32,000 bases of DNA from Candidatus Bathyarchaeota archaeon (GTDB lineage Archaea > Thermoproteota > Bathyarchaeia > 40CM-2-53-6), in NCBI GenBank assembly GCA_963706285.1, contig CAVPLU010000012.1, positions 123,154 to 155,153 on the forward strand. Direction: 5' to 3'. Positions 29,983-32,000 of the stretch are shown here, in pieces. The notes beneath the pieces were generated by a model. It ran no database searches. It had not been told where the DNA came from and saw only the letters and a list, made by a program, of their open reading frames with translations. The position numbers and the translations under genes are program-made. The first letter of the stretch is position 1; the number at the start of each line of letters is the position of its first letter.

Positions 29983-32000
29983 TCATTCGCGTTTGCTGTG
30001 CCAAACGACGACTGCCACTATTGCGAGCAGTGCCACTGACAGGGCCCCAGTTATCAAAGGCTCTTCCCTGGATTGCAGAATCATCGGCGCGAATAGCAGT
30101 GAGATTAGGTTGATCACTTTGATCATGGGGTTCAAGGCTGGTCCCGAAGTATCCTTCAATGGGTCACCGACAGTGTCACATGTCACGGCGGCTTTGTGCT
30201 CCTCGGAACCTTTGCCGCCGTAGAATCCATCTTCAATCTTCTTCTTTGCGTTGTCCCAAGCTCCTCCAGAAGTTGCCATGAAGACTGCGAGCAATTGCCC
30301 CGTGACTATGATCCCGGCGAGGAATCCTCCGAGGGCCGCTTCTTTCAGCAGGAAGCCGAGCGCGATTGGCGTCAGGATAGCTAGCAGAGAAAGGCTGAAG
30401 AGCTCTCGTTGGGCCGCCGATGTGCATATGCTAACCACTCTTGCATAGTCCGGAGGTTTAGTTCCCTCAAATACTCCAGGAATCTTGAACTGGGCACGGA
30501 CTTCTTGCACTATGAGGGAGGCTGCGCGTCCGACCGCTCGAATTGAGATCGAACTGAACAGGAACGGGAGAGCCCCTCCGATTAGCACACCTACAAGCAC
30601 TATTGGATCTGCAATATTCACGCCGACTTTCTGCAGGCCAGTAGTTTCTGTGTAGGCACCGAAGAGTGAAACCGCTGCAAGGACGGCTGAGGCTATTGCG
30701 ATCGACTTTGTAACTGCCTTGGTTGTGTTGCCGGCGGCGTCCAGATCAGCCATAATCTGTCGCGCTTCAGGCTCCAACTGCGCCATCTCTCCGATCCCAT
30801 TAGCATTGTCGACGATGGGACCGTACGTGTCCATTGAGACATTGTTTCCCGTCAGCGTCAGCATGCCGATTCCTGCAAGTGCGACTCCATATATCGCAAA
30901 GATTGTGGAAGAACCTGTGAAGAAGAGAACTGACGCTACGATCGTTATCGCAATCACCAAGAGCCCCCAGACAGTTGCCTCAAATCCGATGGCTAGGCCT
31001 TCGAGGATCTCGGTCGCGGCTCCAGTCTGAGAGGACTTCGCCAGTCGATCGATCGCACGTTTTCTCGGATTCGTGAAGTGATCGGTAATCTTGTTGAAAC
31101 ATATCGCCAGCAGCACCCCTACTGTCGTTGCAAGAAAGACCCGGTAGTCGTGAACGTAGAGCTCTGCTAAGACGAAGAAGCTGGCAATTGAGATCCCAGC
31201 GGACAGATCGTATGAAAGGTCCATTGCCTTGAAGGCGTCGCCTTTCGTCATGCTATCCGGCCAAAGTGAGACCGCATAGGTTCCAATTATCGTGCTAACG
31301 ACTCCAATGCCACGGACAAGCAGTGGGAATAGTATCCATTTGATGTCGAATGGCGTAAGGGCAAGGCCTAGGATCATGCATGAGACTATGGTGACTTCAT
31401 AGGATTCGAATATGTCAGCAGCCATTCCAGCACAGTCCCCAACGTTGTCGCCCACTAGATCTGCAACAACGGCCGCGTTTCTGGGGTCATCTTCAGGGAT
31501 ATTCTTCTCAACCTTCCCGACAAGGTCTGCTCCGACGTCGGCGGCTTTGGTGTATATGCCTCCGCCGACTCGCATGAACAACGCAAGCAAGGTGCCTCCG
31601 AACCCGAATCCCAGGAGAACTTCGGGGGCAGATTGACGGTATATCATGAAGATCATGGTTCCTCCGAGAAGCCCGAGTCCGTCCGTTAGCATGCCCGTTA
31701 TCGTGCCCGACCGGTAAGCGATTTTGAGGGCATCACGGAAGCTCCGTCTCGCTGCCGATGCGACTCTAACGTTTCCTCTTACGGCCATGTTCATGCCCAA
31801 ATATCCAACTGAGGCCGAGAAGACCGATCCCATCAGGAAGGCACCAGCTCTGCCGATGGAGATATTGAATGGGCCTCCTACAAGGGCTGAAGTCAGATAG
31901 AGCACAATCGTCAGAATAGCGATGAAGGGTATAATGGATCTCAGTTGTGTTCTCAGGTAGGCATTGGCGCCGTTCAGTATCGCCTGCCAGACTTCTTTCA
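29983..32000 (-). CDS. hppA: membrane-bound proton-translocating pyrophosphatase, partial (5' end beyond window)
   Basis: DVGADLVGKVEKNIPEDDPRNAAVVADLVGDNVGDCAGMAADIFESYE, GNTTKAVTKS, DTVGDPLKDTSGPALNPMIK. Frame remains open to the window edge (EVWQAILNGANAYLRTQLRSIIPF...). Confidence 0.95.
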   Translation of the reverse strand, partial: KEVWQAILNGANAYLRTQLRSIIPFIAILTIVLYLTSALVGGPFNISIGRAGAFLMGSVFSASVGYLGMNMAVRGNVRVASAARRSFRDALKIAYRSGTITGMLTDGLGLLGGTMIFMIYRQSAPEVLLGFGFGGTLLALFMRVGGGIYTKAADVGADLVGKVEKNIPEDDPRNAAVVADLVGDNVGDCAGMAADIFESYEVTIVSCMILGLALTPFDIKWILFPLLVRGIGVVSTIIGTYAVSLWPDSMTKGDAFKAMDLSYDLSAGISIASFFVLAELYVHDYRVFLATTVGVLLAICFNKITDHFTNPRKRAIDRLAKSSQTGAATEILEGLAIGFEATVWGLLVIAITIVASVLFFTGSSTIFAIYGVALAGIGMLTLTGNNVSMDTYGPIVDNANGIGEMAQLEPEARQIMADLDAAGNTTKAVTKSIAIASAVLAAVSLFGAYTETTGLQKVGVNIADPIVLVGVLIGGALPFLFSSISIRAVGRAASLIVQEVRAQFKIPGVFEGTKPPDYARVVSICTSAAQRELFSLSLLAILTPIALGFLLKEAALGGFLAGIIVTGQLLAVFMATSGGAWDNAKKKIEDGFYGGKGSEEHKAAVTCDTVGDPLKDTSGPALNPMIKVINLISLLFAPMILQSREEPLITGALSVALLAIVAVVVWHSKRE

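Noticed and set aside
1-32000. CRISPR arrays, transposons or defence islands
   Set aside because: No regularly spaced repeats, transposase, integrase or recognisable defence proteins were seen.

Overview
This 32 kb window looks like an archaeal chromosomal segment. Recognisable genes include TFB, eIF1/SUI1, Rpo12, archaeal-type phosphopantetheine adenylyltransferase, pantoate kinase, GTP-type PEPCK, adenosylhomocysteinase, class II glycyl-tRNA synthetase, tRNA-splicing endonuclease and a membrane pyrophosphatase. The strongest observation is a probable tRNA-Gln(CUG) gene at 4151..4315 (+). It folds only if four short introns (17, 29, 20 and 23 nt) are removed: one in the D-loop, one at 29/30, one at 37/38 and one in the T-loop. 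The result is a complete 73-nt tRNA plus encoded CCA. The T-loop intron is a perfect bulge-helix-bulge, and the other three are relaxed versions. A single-domain EndA-like splicing endonuclease is encoded about 21 kb away in the same window. Many protein genes, including normally essential ones, are split between reading frames (PEPCK, a DRG-like GTPase in four pieces, a DUF350-like membrane protein, an M6 protease, a large surface protein, an ECF-like membrane protein). This points mainly to an indel-prone assembly, with local pseudogene decay at about 11.9-12.7 kb (BadF-like and acyl-CoA synthetase C-terminal remnants). No CRISPR array, transposase or prophage was found. All calls come from reading sequence and motifs; no database search was run.
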